This document shows positions 10,049 to 20,299 of a stretch of 64,000 nucleotides of DNA, one piece after another (position 1 is the first letter of the stretch; each line of letters begins with the position of its first letter). Source of the DNA: Acidimicrobiia bacterium (GTDB lineage Bacteria; Actinomycetota; Acidimicrobiia; Spongiisociales; ZC4RG35). The position numbers and the translations under genes were made by a program. The stretch covers positions 869 to 64,868 of the forward strand of contig DATBMA010000114.1 of assembly GCA_036555105.1 (NCBI GenBank), read 5' to 3'. Under the pieces are notes generated by a model, which made no database searches, had not been told where the DNA came from, and saw only the letters and a program-made list of their open reading frames with translations.

Positions 10049-10959
10049 GCGCTTTCTCCCGGCTGGTCATGGCCACCACGCAGGCCGGCCCGGTTCGCAA
10101 GCTCATCACCGACACCCGACCAGGCAAGGCACTCGCTCATCGATTCGTGGCCGGTGACGACGTCGGCGCCGCCATCGAGATAGCCCGGTCGCTTGGGGAG
10201 AGCAAGATCGCCGTCTCGCTGGACCTGCTGGGAGAGGACGTCTCCAAAGAGGAGGAGATCGAGCAGGCGGTACAAGGTTACGTCGAGTGCCTGCAGGCCA
10301 TCGAGGCCTCCGGGGTCGAAGGCAACATCTCGGTGAAGCTGACCCAGCTCGGGCTCGAGGTCGATCCGGGCCTGGCAGCCAACACGCTCGACCTGCTCGC
10401 CATAGATGCGGCGGCGCTCGGTTTGACCGTCACGATCGATATGGAGAGCTCGGAGCACACCGATGCCACCGTGTCGATCTACGAGGCCGCCCAGGGGCGG
10501 CACGGCAACCTCGGCATCTGCCTGCAGGCATACCTCCATCGGACGCCGGAGGACCTGCGCAGGCTGATGCCACTGGGCGGGCTGATCCGGCTTTGCAAGG
10601 GTGCCTACGTCGAGCCCGCCGAGGTCGCATTGCAGGGTCGGGAGGAGGTCGATCGGGCATTCGCCCGCCTGCTCGATGAGCTCATGCACAGCGAGGAATG
10701 CCATCCCGCGATCGCAACCCATGACCCTGCCCTCATCGCCCAGGCCAAGTCACTGGCCGGTGCCAGGCAGGCGTCGTTCGAGTTCCAGATGCTCTTTGGG
10801 GTCAGGCCGGAGGAGCAGCGGGCCCTGGCCGGGGAGGGATATGCGGTGAGGGTCTACGTCCCTTACGGCTCGAACTGGTACGCGTACCTGACCCGCCGGC
10901 TGGCGGAGCGCCCCGCCAATCTGGGGCTCTTCGCGCGAGCCTTGGTCGGCAAGAGGTAG
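10045..10959 (+). CDS. Proline dehydrogenase (monofunctional PRODH, no P5C dehydrogenase domain)
   Basis: 304 aa with a PRODH-like TIM-barrel sequence. Its GTG start overlaps the proC stop (GTGA). Confidence 0.8.
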   Translation: MSAFSRLVMATTQAGPVRKLITDTRPGKALAHRFVAGDDVGAAIEIARSLGESKIAVSLDLLGEDVSKEEEIEQAVQGYVECLQAIEASGVEGNISVKLTQLGLEVDPGLAANTLDLLAIDAAALGLTVTIDMESSEHTDATVSIYEAAQGRHGNLGICLQAYLHRTPEDLRRLMPLGGLIRLCKGAYVEPAEVALQGREEVDRAFARLLDELMHSEECHPAIATHDPALIAQAKSLAGARQASFEFQMLFGVRPEEQRALAGEGYAVRVYVPYGSNWYAYLTRRLAERPANLGLFARALVGKR

Positions 10960-10970
10960 TCGCGGCCTCA

Positions 10971-11029
10971 GAGTCTCAAGGTCTCACGGCTCAGGTCTCA
11001 CGTAAGACGTAAGACGTAAGACGTTCTTA
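10971..11029. repeat. GTCTCAC-family intergenic element R1
   Basis: agtctca-aggtctcacgg-ctcaggtctcacg, then (taagacg)x3 and the hairpin cgtaaga-cgtt-cttacg. It lies between convergent PRODH (+) and pspA (-), and the pspA stop TAA sits inside the terminal hairpin. Confidence 0.8.
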
Positions 11030-11776
11030 CGAGGTTTCCAGGCCAAGCTCCCTGCGGAGCTCCTCCAGCTTGGCGTCGGCCTGGCTGATGGAGATGGCCT
11101 CCCGCAACTCGGCCACCGAGCCCTCCGGTGTGGCCTCGCGCAGCTCGGCGTGAGCCTGCGCCTCCGACAGCCTGCTCTGGATCTTCTCCTCGACCCTCGC
11201 CAGTGAGGGCGCTTCGTTCTCCATCGTGGCGGAGATCGAGGCGACTGCCGAGTTCACGGCTTCCTGCATCTTCGCCTGCTCGAGCTGGCCAAGCAGCTGC
11301 ATCCGCTTCGCCGCCAGTTCCTGGAGCCGCATTGCATTCTGCCCAACGGCCTGTTTGGCCTCCTCCGCCTGCTTGATGGCGATTTCATACTGGTCCTTGA
11401 GGCTGTTGAGGTTGTTCTCAGCCCCTTGCAGCCTGAGGGCCATCGCCTGGGCGGCTTGAGTCCACTTTGCCTGGTCGGCGGTGTTGCCCGCGTTCTTGGC
11501 AGCATCGGCCTTCAGCAGTGCTTGTTTGGCCATCTCCCGTGCCTCGCCCACGGCCTTGGCGGCGTCCTCGATCTTTGCCTCGAGCTGGGTGCGATGGGCG
11601 ATGACCTTCGCCGCCTGAGTGCGCAATGCCTGGTCGCGCTGTTTGGCCTGATAGATGGCCTGCTCGATCTCCACGGCCGGATCCATCGCTTTCTCGGCCG
11701 CTCCCCGGAAGAGTTGTTTGATGTACTCCCAGATCCGTCTGAACAACTTGGGCTCCCGCCTATTTGGGAGCGGCAA
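11027..11776 (-). CDS. pspA: PspA/IM30 family protein (phage-shock protein A-like)
   Basis: Coiled-coil protein. Its N-terminus ...KLFRRIWEYIKQLFRGAAEKAMDPAVEIEQAI aligns to PspA ...[27 protein letters not shown].... The start codon at 11776 is TTG. Confidence 0.8.
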   Translation of the reverse strand: MPLPNRREPKLFRRIWEYIKQLFRGAAEKAMDPAVEIEQAIYQAKQRDQALRTQAAKVIAHRTQLEAKIEDAAKAVGEAREMAKQALLKADAAKNAGNTADQAKWTQAAQAMALRLQGAENNLNSLKDQYEIAIKQAEEAKQAVGQNAMRLQELAAKRMQLLGQLEQAKMQEAVNSAVASISATMENEAPSLARVEEKIQSRLSEAQAHAELREATPEGSVAELREAISISQADAKLEELRRELGLETS

Positions 11777-11785
11777 GCTTAGGAA

Positions 11786-11818
11786 AGTCTCGAGTCTCGA
11801 GTCGCAAGACGTAAGACT
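11786..11818. repeat. GTCTCAC-family intergenic element R2
   Basis: agtctcg-agtctcg-agtcgca-agacgta-agact, lying between the bcp stop and the pspA start. Confidence 0.7.
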
Positions 11819-11824
11819 TGGGAC

Positions 11825-12289
11825 CTAAGAAGTGGCGCCCAGCAGGTCGGCGGTCAGCCTGGCCACGTGCCCTTTTGCCTTGACGTTGCGGAAAGCGTGC
11901 TCGATCTCACCGTCCGGGCCGATCACGAAGGTCGATCTGATCAGCCCCTCATAGGACTTCCCGTAGTTGGTCTTGGTGCCCCATGCTCCCAACTCTTCGG
12001 CCAGGGCATGGTCCTGGTCGGATAGGAGGGGGAAGGGGAGGCCCTCCTGCTCCTTGAACTTGGCGTTCTTGGCGGGTCGGTCGGGGCTCACGCCCACCAC
12101 CTGGTAACCGGCCTCCAGCAGCCCCCGATAGTTGTCCCGGAAGTCGCAGGCTTCGAGCGTGCAGCCCGGGGTCATCGCCGCCGGATAGAAGAACATGATG
12201 AGCGAGCGCCCGGCGAAGTCGGCGTTGGTGACGACGTTGCCGTCTTGGTCAGGAAGCGAAAACGTGACGATGCGCCCGAGGGTAACCCC
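11825..12289 (-). CDS. bcp: Thioredoxin-dependent peroxiredoxin Bcp
   Basis: ...FSLPDQDGNVVTNADFAGRSLIMFFYPAAMTPGCTLEACDFRD... aligns closely to E. coli Bcp. Start trimmed to a GTG, since the track ORF extends upstream through the divergent promoter. Confidence 0.8.
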   Translation of the reverse strand, partial: GVTLGRIVTFSLPDQDGNVVTNADFAGRSLIMFFYPAAMTPGCTLEACDFRDNYRGLLEAGYQVVGVSPDRPAKNAKFKEQEGLPFPLLSDQDHALAEELGAWGTKTNYGKSYEGLIRSTFVIGPDGEIEHAFRNVKAKGHVARLTADLLGATS

Positions 12290-12305
12290 GTGGCCCCAAG
12301 AGGCC

Positions 12306-12340
12306 AGTCGTGAGACCGCGCGACCGTCCGACCGTGCGTC
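12306..12340. repeat. GTCTCAC/GCGACCGT-family element R3 in a divergent promoter
   Basis: agtcgtgagaccgcgcgaccgtccgaccgtgcgtc, between the bcp start and the Fe-S oxidoreductase start. Confidence 0.6.
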
Positions 12341-12356
12341 ATTACCCTCGCCGCCG

Positions 12357-14492
12357 ATGTCGGATCCGCGCCGCCCGCAGGCATCGAAGCTGCTCGTCTG
12401 GCTGGGAGTGGCCCTGGGGCTGGGGACGCTGGTCCTCGGATGGCTGGGCACCCTCCCGGCCGAGCCCGATCCCGAGGTCGGTCGCCGGGTCTTCGAAAAC
12501 GTCCCGGAAGGGCTACAGGCCGTGTTCTACGTAGCGGTCGCCACTTTCGTCGTCCTCGCATTGTTCTTCTTCGCACGGCGCGCACGCACGTGGGAACAGG
12601 GGGCGGCTGAGCCTCGCCTTGGAGACTGGGGGCGAAGGCTTCGCAGCTTTGGCCGCGGGGTCGGGATGGTGACCGTGATGCGGGACCGGCGGGCCGGCGT
12701 CATGCATGCCGCCATCTACTACGGCTTCATCGTGCTGTTCCTTGGCACGGTCACCCTCGAGTTGGACCACATCGCCCCGACCCAGCTCAAGTTCCTGCAC
12801 GGGGTCGTTTATCAGGGCTACTCGGCGATCCTGGACGCGGCCGCCTTGCTCTTCCTCGGGGGCCTCGCCCTTGCAGCGCTTCGCCGCTATGGCGAGCGGC
12901 CTCCCCGGATCAGGACCAAGACCAAGCCGGAGGATGCTTGGATCCTCGGGCTGCTGGCCCTGATCGGGGTCACCGGCCTCCTGACCGAAGCGGCCCGCAT
13001 CTCGCTCGCAGGGAGACCCGACTTCGAGATGTGGTCGTTCGTCGGCTATCCCCTGTCGGCTCTGGTACCGGCGGCCGGCGCTTCCACGATCCATCTCGGG
13101 TCGTGGATCGTGCACGCAGCAGCCTTCTTGGCGTTCCTGGTGGTGCTGCCCGTCACCAAGCTGCGCCACATGATCACCTCGCCGGCCAATCTCTTCCTCG
13201 CCCCGAGGCGGCGGCCGGTGGGAGCCATGCGGCCGGTGGTCAACCTCCTCGAGGCCGAAGACATCGACCAGATCGGGGCAGCGGTGGTCTCCGATCTCAC
13301 GTGGAAGCAGCTTCTCGACACCGATGCCTGCACGATCTGCGGCCGCTGTACCTCGGTCTGCCCGGCCAACCTCACCGGCAAGCCGCTCGACCCTCGGGAG
13401 ATGGTGCTGAAGACGGGCGAGGTGGCTTCGATGGCCGCCGGAGTGGGGCCCCCGGTCAGCCTGGCGCCGGGAATCGACGTGCTCTCTGACCGGCTGTTCG
13501 AGCGGGTCGCCGCCGAGGAGGTGTGGGCCTGCACCACCTGCCGGGCTTGCGATGAGATCTGCCCGGTGGGGATCGAGATCCTCGACCGCATCCTCGACAT
13601 GCGCCGCTACCTGACGATGATGGAGTCTGACTTCCCGCCCGAGCTTGCCAAGGCCTTCGTGGCGATGGAGAACCAAGGCAACCCGTGGGGGCTTGGCCGT
13701 CAGCAGCGGGCGGCTTGGACGGCCAAACTCGACTTTCCGGTCAGGGTGCTCGGAGAGCCGGGGAGCGAGGCGGCGGAGTACCTCTGGTTCGTCGGTTGCG
13801 CCGGCTCGTACGACGACCGCAATGCGAGCGTTTCAGTGGCACTGGCCAGGCTGCTTCACCGAGCCGGCATCGACTTCGCCATTCTCGGCCCCCGCGAGTC
13901 GTGCAACGGCGACCCGGCCAGGCGGGCGGGGAACGAGTACCTGTGGCAACAGCTGGCCACGGACAACATCCGCACCTTGGGCGAATTCGGAGTGAAGAAA
14001 GTGATCACCCAGTGCCCGCATTGCTTCAACACCCTGGCCAATGAGTACCCCCAGCTGGGCGGCGACTACGAGGTGGTCCACCACAGCCAGCTACTGGCCG
14101 AGTTGCTGCGTCAGGGAAGGCTTGAGGCCCCGGAGCCAGACAACGCCACCGTCACGTATCACGACCCGTGCTACCTGGGCAGGCACAACGACGTCTACCT
14201 CGCCCCTCGTGAAGTGGTGGCTGCCGGCGGCGGGGAGATGCGAGAAATGGAGAGGCACGGCACCAAGGCGATGTGCTGTGGGGCCGGCGGGGCCCGCTTC
14301 TGGATGGAGGAGCCAACCGGCAAGAAGATCAACCTCGAGCGCACGGAGCAGGCTCTGGCGACAGGTGCCACCGAGGTGGCCGTGGCCTGCCCCTTCTGTT
14401 ACGTGATGCTGGACGACGCCGTCCGCGAGCTGGGCAGGGATGGAGAAATCAGGGTTCGGGACGTGGCGGTGAGGTTGCTGGGAGAGGACTAG
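12357..14492 (+). CDS. Membrane-anchored Fe-S oxidoreductase (HdrD/GlpC-like; two 4Fe-4S motifs plus two CCG domains)
   Basis: An N-terminal polytopic membrane domain is followed by CTICGRCTSVCP and CTTCRACDEICP, then CCG-domain cysteines (CPHCFNTL, CCGAGG). The architecture matches mycobacterial Rv0338c-type reductases. Start set at the ATG at 12357, 54 codons into the track ORF. Confidence 0.8.
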   Translation: MSDPRRPQASKLLVWLGVALGLGTLVLGWLGTLPAEPDPEVGRRVFENVPEGLQAVFYVAVATFVVLALFFFARRARTWEQGAAEPRLGDWGRRLRSFGRGVGMVTVMRDRRAGVMHAAIYYGFIVLFLGTVTLELDHIAPTQLKFLHGVVYQGYSAILDAAALLFLGGLALAALRRYGERPPRIRTKTKPEDAWILGLLALIGVTGLLTEAARISLAGRPDFEMWSFVGYPLSALVPAAGASTIHLGSWIVHAAAFLAFLVVLPVTKLRHMITSPANLFLAPRRRPVGAMRPVVNLLEAEDIDQIGAAVVSDLTWKQLLDTDACTICGRCTSVCPANLTGKPLDPREMVLKTGEVASMAAGVGPPVSLAPGIDVLSDRLFERVAAEEVWACTTCRACDEICPVGIEILDRILDMRRYLTMMESDFPPELAKAFVAMENQGNPWGLGRQQRAAWTAKLDFPVRVLGEPGSEAAEYLWFVGCAGSYDDRNASVSVALARLLHRAGIDFAILGPRESCNGDPARRAGNEYLWQQLATDNIRTLGEFGVKKVITQCPHCFNTLANEYPQLGGDYEVVHHSQLLAELLRQGRLEAPEPDNATVTYHDPCYLGRHNDVYLAPREVVAAGGGEMREMERHGTKAMCCGAGGARFWMEEPTGKKINLERTEQALATGATEVAVACPFCYVMLDDAVRELGRDGEIRVRDVAVRLLGED

Positions 14493-14865
14493 ACCCCCGG
14501 CGTCGGCCCATCATGGCCCCGCTCAGTGGTGGCTCACCACCTAGAGTGGTGGATGGAGGCGATAGGAAAGGGCGCAGGAGTGGGGCTTTTCGAACGATGC
14601 CGTGACGACCGGCACGAATTCTCGCCGTCGTCGGCCGCAGCGGGCATGACTCGGAATGTCTGTGAGCGTTGCGGTCTGGTGCTGATCGACATGGACGGCA
14701 GGGCGCTGAGCAAGTCGGGCTTGTTCATGCCGTCCAAGCCCTCCCTGTTCTCGCTCCGCCACGAGCTGGACTTGTCCCAGCTCGAGGTGGCGGCCGCCCC
14801 GCGGAGCAGGCGGCACTGGAGAACACGAGGCTCGACCACCGCCGTGGCGTAATCTCCCTCGCCGG

Positions 14866-15384
14866 ATGGCGGCGCGGGTATGGATCGTTGCCTTGCTGGT
14901 CGGGGTTGCCGCCTGTTCGGGCGGGGAAGCGAGCCCCACAATGCCCGATCCTTCATCGCCGACCACCAGCGGACCGGTCGAAGCAGCAGCCGCCATCACG
15001 GCCTTTCGCGAGTGTCTTGCCCAGCACGGGGTGGAAGCTCCCGAGATCACCACGAGCGGCGCCGGCTCTCTGCAACTCTCCGAGCTGGCGGCGGCCGACT
15101 TGGCTCGACAGCCTTCGCTGCTGGGGCTGTGCGGAGCACCAGTCGTTGATGCCGGGCTGCTCGATCTGACCAGCCGGCCGGAGCTGGCAGCCGCTGTGCT
15201 CGCCGACCTGCAGGCCTTTGCCGAGTGCATGCGCTCGCACGGGATCGAGGGGTTCCCGGACCCGGTGCCCGGCTTCACAGGGATCGGCGATGCCTTCGAC
15301 CGCGATGAGGTTCCGTTCGGGCTGGACGGATACGCCGATGCCTTCAACGCCTGCAGTGAGGCGATGCCGGCCTCCGCCGGTTGA
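14866..15384 (+). CDS. Secreted lipoprotein, function unknown
   Basis: Signal peptide with lipobox LVGVAAC, a low-complexity Ser/Pro linker, and four Cys in two pairs. Confidence 0.45.
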   Translation: MAARVWIVALLVGVAACSGGEASPTMPDPSSPTTSGPVEAAAAITAFRECLAQHGVEAPEITTSGAGSLQLSELAAADLARQPSLLGLCGAPVVDAGLLDLTSRPELAAAVLADLQAFAECMRSHGIEGFPDPVPGFTGIGDAFDRDEVPFGLDGYADAFNACSEAMPASAG

Positions 15385-15424
15385 CCCGTAACCGTACGCG
15401 CTGGCACGGGCATAGCATCGGCCT

Positions 15425-15625
15425 ATGGAGCCGATCAATGTCCCCGGCGACAAGGAATGGCTCTCAGTGGCCGACATCTGCGACTACATGGGAGTGTCTG
15501 CCTATGTGGTCACTTCTGTGCTTCGCAGCGGCGAACTGACCGGTGTCAAGTTCGGGCGGGAGTGGAGGGTGGCTCGAGCCGATCTGGAGGACTGGATCAA
15601 CCGCCGGCGGGAGGCTTCCACCTGA
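15425..15625 (+). CDS. Helix-turn-helix DNA-binding protein (excisionase/MerR-like HTH_17 family)
   Basis: 66 aa, [37 protein letters not shown]. Its stop overlaps the clpS start (TGATG). Confidence 0.7.
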   Translation: MEPINVPGDKEWLSVADICDYMGVSAYVVTSVLRSGELTGVKFGREWRVARADLEDWINRRREAST

Positions 15626-15900
15626 TGGTCGCCCCCGCCAGGATCGAGGTCCCCGACGAGGTCAGAGAGGTCGACGTCCCATGGAACGTGGTGGTATGGA
15701 ATGACCCCGTCAACCTGATGGACTACGTGGTCTGGGTGCTGCGCAAGCTCTTTGGGCACCCGCTCGAGGAGGCCACGAGGCTGATGCTGCTCGTACACAA
15801 CGAGGGGAGGGCCGTTGTGTCGTCGGGGCGGCGGGAGTCCGCCGAGATGGACTGTTACCGCCTCCATCAACACGGTCTGTGGGCGACACTAGAGCAGTGA
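15625..15900 (+). CDS. clpS: ATP-dependent Clp protease adaptor ClpS
   Basis: [65 protein letters not shown] is the canonical ClpS core. Confidence 0.85.
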   Translation: MVAPARIEVPDEVREVDVPWNVVVWNDPVNLMDYVVWVLRKLFGHPLEEATRLMLLVHNEGRAVVSSGRRESAEMDCYRLHQHGLWATLEQ

Positions 15901-16379
15901 GTCCCGAGGACCCGCCCCCGCCACCGTTCGAGCAGGTCGATGGTGGAGTTCGCATGAAGCTCGAACCGGATGAGGTGGAGTTCCTCGCTCAGGTGCCGTT
16001 GCTCCTGGCCGATGTGGCCTCGTTCGCCGAGGATCCGGCGGCGGCCCGTCTCGAAGTGCCCGTCTACCTGGATGATCCCGAGGCAAATACCGATTGGTGG
16101 CGGCTCATGAAGGGGGAGCTGGTTTCGTCGCGGAATGCCGACCGGTCGGCGTTTGCCCTCCTGGTCGAGGCGGCCGCCGAGGGGACGGTCGCCTCACGAT
16201 TGGAGGCCGAAGCGTTCTTGCGGGTCCTGGTCGAGGGACGGCTCGCCCTCGGCGCCAGGCTCGGTGTTGACACCGACGACGACTACGAAAAGCTGGACCC
16301 AGCCGATCTCGGGGCACTCGACTATCTCGCGCAAATGCAGGTGCTCCTGCTCGCCTGTCTCGACCTGCCGGACGCCTGA
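15879..16379 (+). CDS. DUF2017 domain protein (the conserved actinobacterial partner of clpS)
   Basis: An acidic helical protein directly downstream of, and overlapping, clpS, as in other actinobacteria. An alternative start is the ATG at 15954. Confidence 0.65.
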   Translation: MGDTRAVSPEDPPPPPFEQVDGGVRMKLEPDEVEFLAQVPLLLADVASFAEDPAAARLEVPVYLDDPEANTDWWRLMKGELVSSRNADRSAFALLVEAAAEGTVASRLEAEAFLRVLVEGRLALGARLGVDTDDDYEKLDPADLGALDYLAQMQVLLLACLDLPDA

Positions 16380-16456
16380 GCCGACCAATCCCCTTCCCGG
16401 CGACACGCAGCCCGCCATCGTGAGTAGCTTCGGCCCTCAGTGTCGGCCGAGGAGGA

Positions 16457-16963
16457 TTGATGGAGGTTTCCTTGACTGTGAACGGCCGGGCCGTCCAGTC
16501 CGATGTCGAGCCCCGGACTCTGCTCGTGCACTTTCTGCGGGAGAATCTGAACCTCACCGGCACCCATGTGGGCTGTGAGACCGGCTACTGCGGGGCATGC
16601 ACAGTCATGGTCGACGGCCGCACCGCCAAGTCGTGCACCCTTCTCGCCGTCCAGGCCGACGGCCGCGACATCACCACCATCGAGGGCCTGGCCGTGAACG
16701 GCGAGCTCCATGCCGTGCAGGAGGGATTCTGGGAGAGGCACGGGCTCCAGTGCGGCTACTGCACGCCCGGCATGATCATGTCGGCGGTTGGCCTCCTGCA
16801 GGAGAACCCCGATCCCACGGAGGACGAGATCCGGCACGGCATAGAGGGCAACCTCTGCCGCTGCACGGGGTACCACAACATCGTCAAGGCCATTGAGTAC
16901 GCCGCCGCCAGGTTGCAGGGGAAGACACCGCCACCGGCCGAATGGGAGGAGGTGTCGGCATGA
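16457..16963 (+). CDS. coxS: Mo-hydroxylase small subunit, (2Fe-2S)-binding (CoxS/CutS-like)
   Basis: Plant-type ferredoxin motif [11 protein letters not shown] and a second cluster motif CGYCTPGM...CRCTGY. Confidence 0.9.
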   Translation: MMEVSLTVNGRAVQSDVEPRTLLVHFLRENLNLTGTHVGCETGYCGACTVMVDGRTAKSCTLLAVQADGRDITTIEGLAVNGELHAVQEGFWERHGLQCGYCTPGMIMSAVGLLQENPDPTEDEIRHGIEGNLCRCTGYHNIVKAIEYAAARLQGKTPPPAEWEEVSA

Positions 16964-19344
16964 GCACCACCAGCGTTCTCGGCGGCGTCGTCAAGCGGCG
17001 CGAGGACCCGGCACTGGTCCGCGGCAAGGGGCTGTTTGTCGACGACCTCAAGGTGGCCGGCCTGGCCCACGTGGCCTTCGTCCGCAGTCCCCTGGCCCAC
17101 GCCAAGATCAAGTCGATCGACACCACGGCCGCCATCGCCATGCCCGGGGTGCTCGCTGTCTACACCGCGGCCGAGGTCAACCACCTTGGGCCGCTGGTCG
17201 CGCAGGTGGCGGTCGGAAAGCTCCGGCCGCTGCTGGCAGACGGCGTCGTGAAGCACGTTGGCGAGGCAGTGGCGATGGTGGTGGCCGACAACCGCTATCA
17301 AGCGGCCGATGCCGCCGAGGCGGTAGAGGTGGACTACGAGGCCTTGCCCGCAATAGTCGATCTCAAAGAGGCCCTGTCCGACAAGGCCAAGGTGCACGAC
17401 GACCTCGATTCGAACGTCCTGATCACCTGGGAGGCGGGACCTTGGGGCAATGCCGAGGGGATCGCCGAGACCCAGGAGAAGATCAAGGCCGCCAAGGAGC
17501 AAGAGGGGGCGGTGGTGGTCTCCCTCGAGATGGTCAACCAGCGCCTGATCCCCACGGCCATCGAGCCCAGATCGGTGGTGGCGGATTGGAACAGCGGCTA
17601 CGAGCGGTTCACAGTCCACTCCTCGACCCAGATTCCCCATGCGCTGGCAGGTGCGCTGGCCAAGACCTTCGGGCTGGCCTCGAACGCCGTGCGGGTGATC
17701 GCCCCGGAGGTGGGAGGCGGGTTCGGCTGCAAGCTCAACGTCTACAACGACGAGGTGCTGGTCTGCTTCGCCTCCCAGCAATTGGGCAGGCCGGTCAAGT
17801 TCACCGAGACCCGCCGCGAGTCGCCCAACTCGACGATTCAGGGTCGGGGTTGGATCGGCACCGCGACCATCACGGGAACGGCTGATGGGGAGATCCTCGG
17901 CTTCGAGCTCGTGGGCATCGCCGACATGGGTGCCTACACCCAGAACTTCACAGTCGCCATCCCCTTTCTCGGGACCTTCGTCGGCTCGGGCCAGTACGGC
18001 TTCCCCACCTATTGGAAGATCGACTGTGTGACCACACACACGATGACCACCGACGCCTACCGGGGGGCAGGCCGGCCCGAGGCGATGTACTACCTCGAGC
18101 GAATCGTCGACGCCTACGCCCGCAAGATCGGGATGGATGGGGCCGATGTGAGGAAGAGGAACTTCATCCCCGCCGAGGCGTTCCCCAACGCGGTGTCACC
18201 CATCGGCTTCGCGATGGACACTGGCCGTTACAACGAGAACCTCGAAGCACTGGTGGCGCTGCCCGCCTATGCCGACATGCTGGCGGAGCGGGATGCAGCT
18301 CGAGCCGAGGGGAAGCTGGCGGGGTTCGGCCTCTCCAGCTATGTGGAGGTGTGTGGGTTCGGCCCCTCGGCACTGACCGGCCTCGGGTTCTCATGGTCGG
18401 CCTACGGCCTGCCTTCGGCCTTCAACGGATCCGGTCTGGTGCGGGTGAACCCCGACGGCACTGCAACGGTGATCATCGGGACCGGGCCCTCGGGCCAGGG
18501 GCACGAGACCACGTGGGCGCAGATCGTCGCGGAGCAGCTGGGGATGTCCGTCGATCAGATCAGGGTGACTCACGGTGACTCCGCCGAGTCGCCTTTTGGG
18601 GTCGGCACCTTCGGCTCCCGCTCGGCGGCAGTCGATGGGTCGGCCACCTATGAGGCCGCCCTGAAGGTCAAAGACAAGGCCTCGAAGATCGCGGCACACA
18701 TGTTGGAGGCGAGCGAGAGCGATATTCGCTTTGAGGCAGGCGGCGCCCATGTGGCGGGCTCGCCCGAGAGCGCGGTGCCGTGGTCGGAGATCGCCCTCAG
18801 GGCCTACCAACCGCACACGCTGCCAGAAGGGATGGAGGGTGGGCTGGAGGCCCACGCCATCTTCAGCCCCGGCAACGCCACCTGGCCCTTCGGTGCCCAC
18901 GCCGCACTGGTGGAGGTTGACGCCGACACAGGTGACGTCCGGCTGCGCCGCTATCTGACGATGGACGACTGCGGCAACGTGATCAACCCGATGATCGTCG
19001 ACGGGCAGCTGCATGGAGGCCTGGCCCAAGGGGTCGGGCAGGCGATGTTCGAGGAAGCCATCTATGACGATGACGGCAATCTGCTGACCACGTCGCTGAT
19101 GGACTACCTGCTCCCCACCGCGGCCGACTTGCCGAACTGGGAGCTGCATCGGACCGTTACCCCGAGCAACGTCAACCCGCTCGGGGTCAAGGGGATCGGA
19201 GAGGCGGGAACTATCGGCTCGGCGCAGACAATCGTCAACGCCGTGGTCGATGCCCTTTCTCCCCTCGGGGTCGAGCACGTCGAGATGCCGGTGCGGCCGC
19301 GGCGGGTGTGGGAAGCGATTCAGGCAGCCAAGGGAGGTAACTGA
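16960..19344 (+). CDS. coxL: Mo-hydroxylase large subunit, form-II CoxL-like (molybdopterin-binding)
   Basis: 800 aa xanthine-DH-family large subunit. The active-site loop reads [10 protein letters not shown] (form II) rather than VAYRCSFR (form I CO dehydrogenase). Its ATG overlaps the coxS stop. Confidence 0.85.
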   Translation: MSTTSVLGGVVKRREDPALVRGKGLFVDDLKVAGLAHVAFVRSPLAHAKIKSIDTTAAIAMPGVLAVYTAAEVNHLGPLVAQVAVGKLRPLLADGVVKHVGEAVAMVVADNRYQAADAAEAVEVDYEALPAIVDLKEALSDKAKVHDDLDSNVLITWEAGPWGNAEGIAETQEKIKAAKEQEGAVVVSLEMVNQRLIPTAIEPRSVVADWNSGYERFTVHSSTQIPHALAGALAKTFGLASNAVRVIAPEVGGGFGCKLNVYNDEVLVCFASQQLGRPVKFTETRRESPNSTIQGRGWIGTATITGTADGEILGFELVGIADMGAYTQNFTVAIPFLGTFVGSGQYGFPTYWKIDCVTTHTMTTDAYRGAGRPEAMYYLERIVDAYARKIGMDGADVRKRNFIPAEAFPNAVSPIGFAMDTGRYNENLEALVALPAYADMLAERDAARAEGKLAGFGLSSYVEVCGFGPSALTGLGFSWSAYGLPSAFNGSGLVRVNPDGTATVIIGTGPSGQGHETTWAQIVAEQLGMSVDQIRVTHGDSAESPFGVGTFGSRSAAVDGSATYEAALKVKDKASKIAAHMLEASESDIRFEAGGAHVAGSPESAVPWSEIALRAYQPHTLPEGMEGGLEAHAIFSPGNATWPFGAHAALVEVDADTGDVRLRRYLTMDDCGNVINPMIVDGQLHGGLAQGVGQAMFEEAIYDDDGNLLTTSLMDYLLPTAADLPNWELHRTVTPSNVNPLGVKGIGEAGTIGSAQTIVNAVVDALSPLGVEHVEMPVRPRRVWEAIQAAKGGN

Positions 19345-20186
19345 TGTACCCGCGCAAGTTCGATTACGCGGCGCCGACCACCCTGGCCGAGGCCCTGTCC
19401 GCGCTCTCGGGCGAAAACGCCAAGGTCATGGCCGGCGGGATGAGCCTGATCCCTCTGCTGAAGCTCCGCCTGCTGTCACCGGCTCTGGTCGTCGACCTCG
19501 GCCGGCTCGAGGGCCTCGACAGCATCGATGACCGCGGCGACCACCTGGCGATCGGGGCGCTGGTTCGCCATTACCAGACGGCTGGAGCCGAATCGTTGCC
19601 GGCAGCCCTGCGGACTGCGGCGGGCTGGACCGGGGACGTCCAGGTCCGCAATCGCGGCACCACCTGCGGCTCGGTTGCCCACGCCGATCTGGCCTCCGAC
19701 CAGCCCGGTGCCATCCTGGCGCTCGGAGGGACCATGGTCGCTCAGGGCCCCGGCGGCACCAGGGAGATCGCGGCCGACGACTTCTTCGTCGACGCCATGA
19801 CCACCGCACTCGGAGCTGATGAAATCCTGACCGAGATCAGAGTCCCGAAGAAGGAGGGCTCGTCGGCCTACGACAAGCTCGGCCGGAGGGGAGGGCACAC
19901 CGACTACGCGGTGGCGGGGGCGGCGGCCTGGGTGGCCAAGTCGAACGGTGCCATTTCGGACTGCCGGGTGGCGCTGACCGGCGTCAGCACCAAGCCGACG
20001 CTGGCCACCGCTGTGGCTGAGGCCGTGATCGGGACCGATGGCTCGGGCAAGGCGATCGAAGCCGCAGCGGCCAAGGCGGCTGACGGGATCCCGATTCTCG
20101 AGGACCTTTACGGCACCGTCGCATACAAGACCCATCTCGCCCAGGTCTTCACCAGGCGTGCCCTGACTGCCGCATTGGCAGGCTGA
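19344..20186 (+). CDS. coxM: Mo-hydroxylase medium subunit, FAD-binding (CoxM/CutM-like)
   Basis: FAD-binding PCMH-type domain and a CO_deh_flav_C domain; adjacent to coxL. Confidence 0.9.
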   Translation: MYPRKFDYAAPTTLAEALSALSGENAKVMAGGMSLIPLLKLRLLSPALVVDLGRLEGLDSIDDRGDHLAIGALVRHYQTAGAESLPAALRTAAGWTGDVQVRNRGTTCGSVAHADLASDQPGAILALGGTMVAQGPGGTREIAADDFFVDAMTTALGADEILTEIRVPKKEGSSAYDKLGRRGGHTDYAVAGAAAWVAKSNGAISDCRVALTGVSTKPTLATAVAEAVIGTDGSGKAIEAAAAKAADGIPILEDLYGTVAYKTHLAQVFTRRALTAALAG

Positions 20187-20190
20187 AGAG

Positions 20191-20226
20191 AGTCTCACGT
20201 CTCACGACCAAGACGTGAGTAGTGAG
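20191..20226. repeat. GTCTCAC-family intergenic element R4
   Basis: agtctcacgtctcacg-accaa-gacgtgag-ta-gtgag, an inverted array, lying between coxM and coxD. Confidence 0.75.
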
Positions 20227-20299
20227 CCTCGAGCCTCTGGACTCGCGACCCTCTCCTAGCCTGTCCCCAAATGTCCGAAGTCACCCGATCCGGCTCCAG

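Noticed and set aside
14526-14852. Treating the 108 aa track ORF as a confident gene.
   Set aside because: It has no recognisable domain or signal. It overlaps a hairpin. The region may equally be non-coding, so I reported it only as a low-interest finding.
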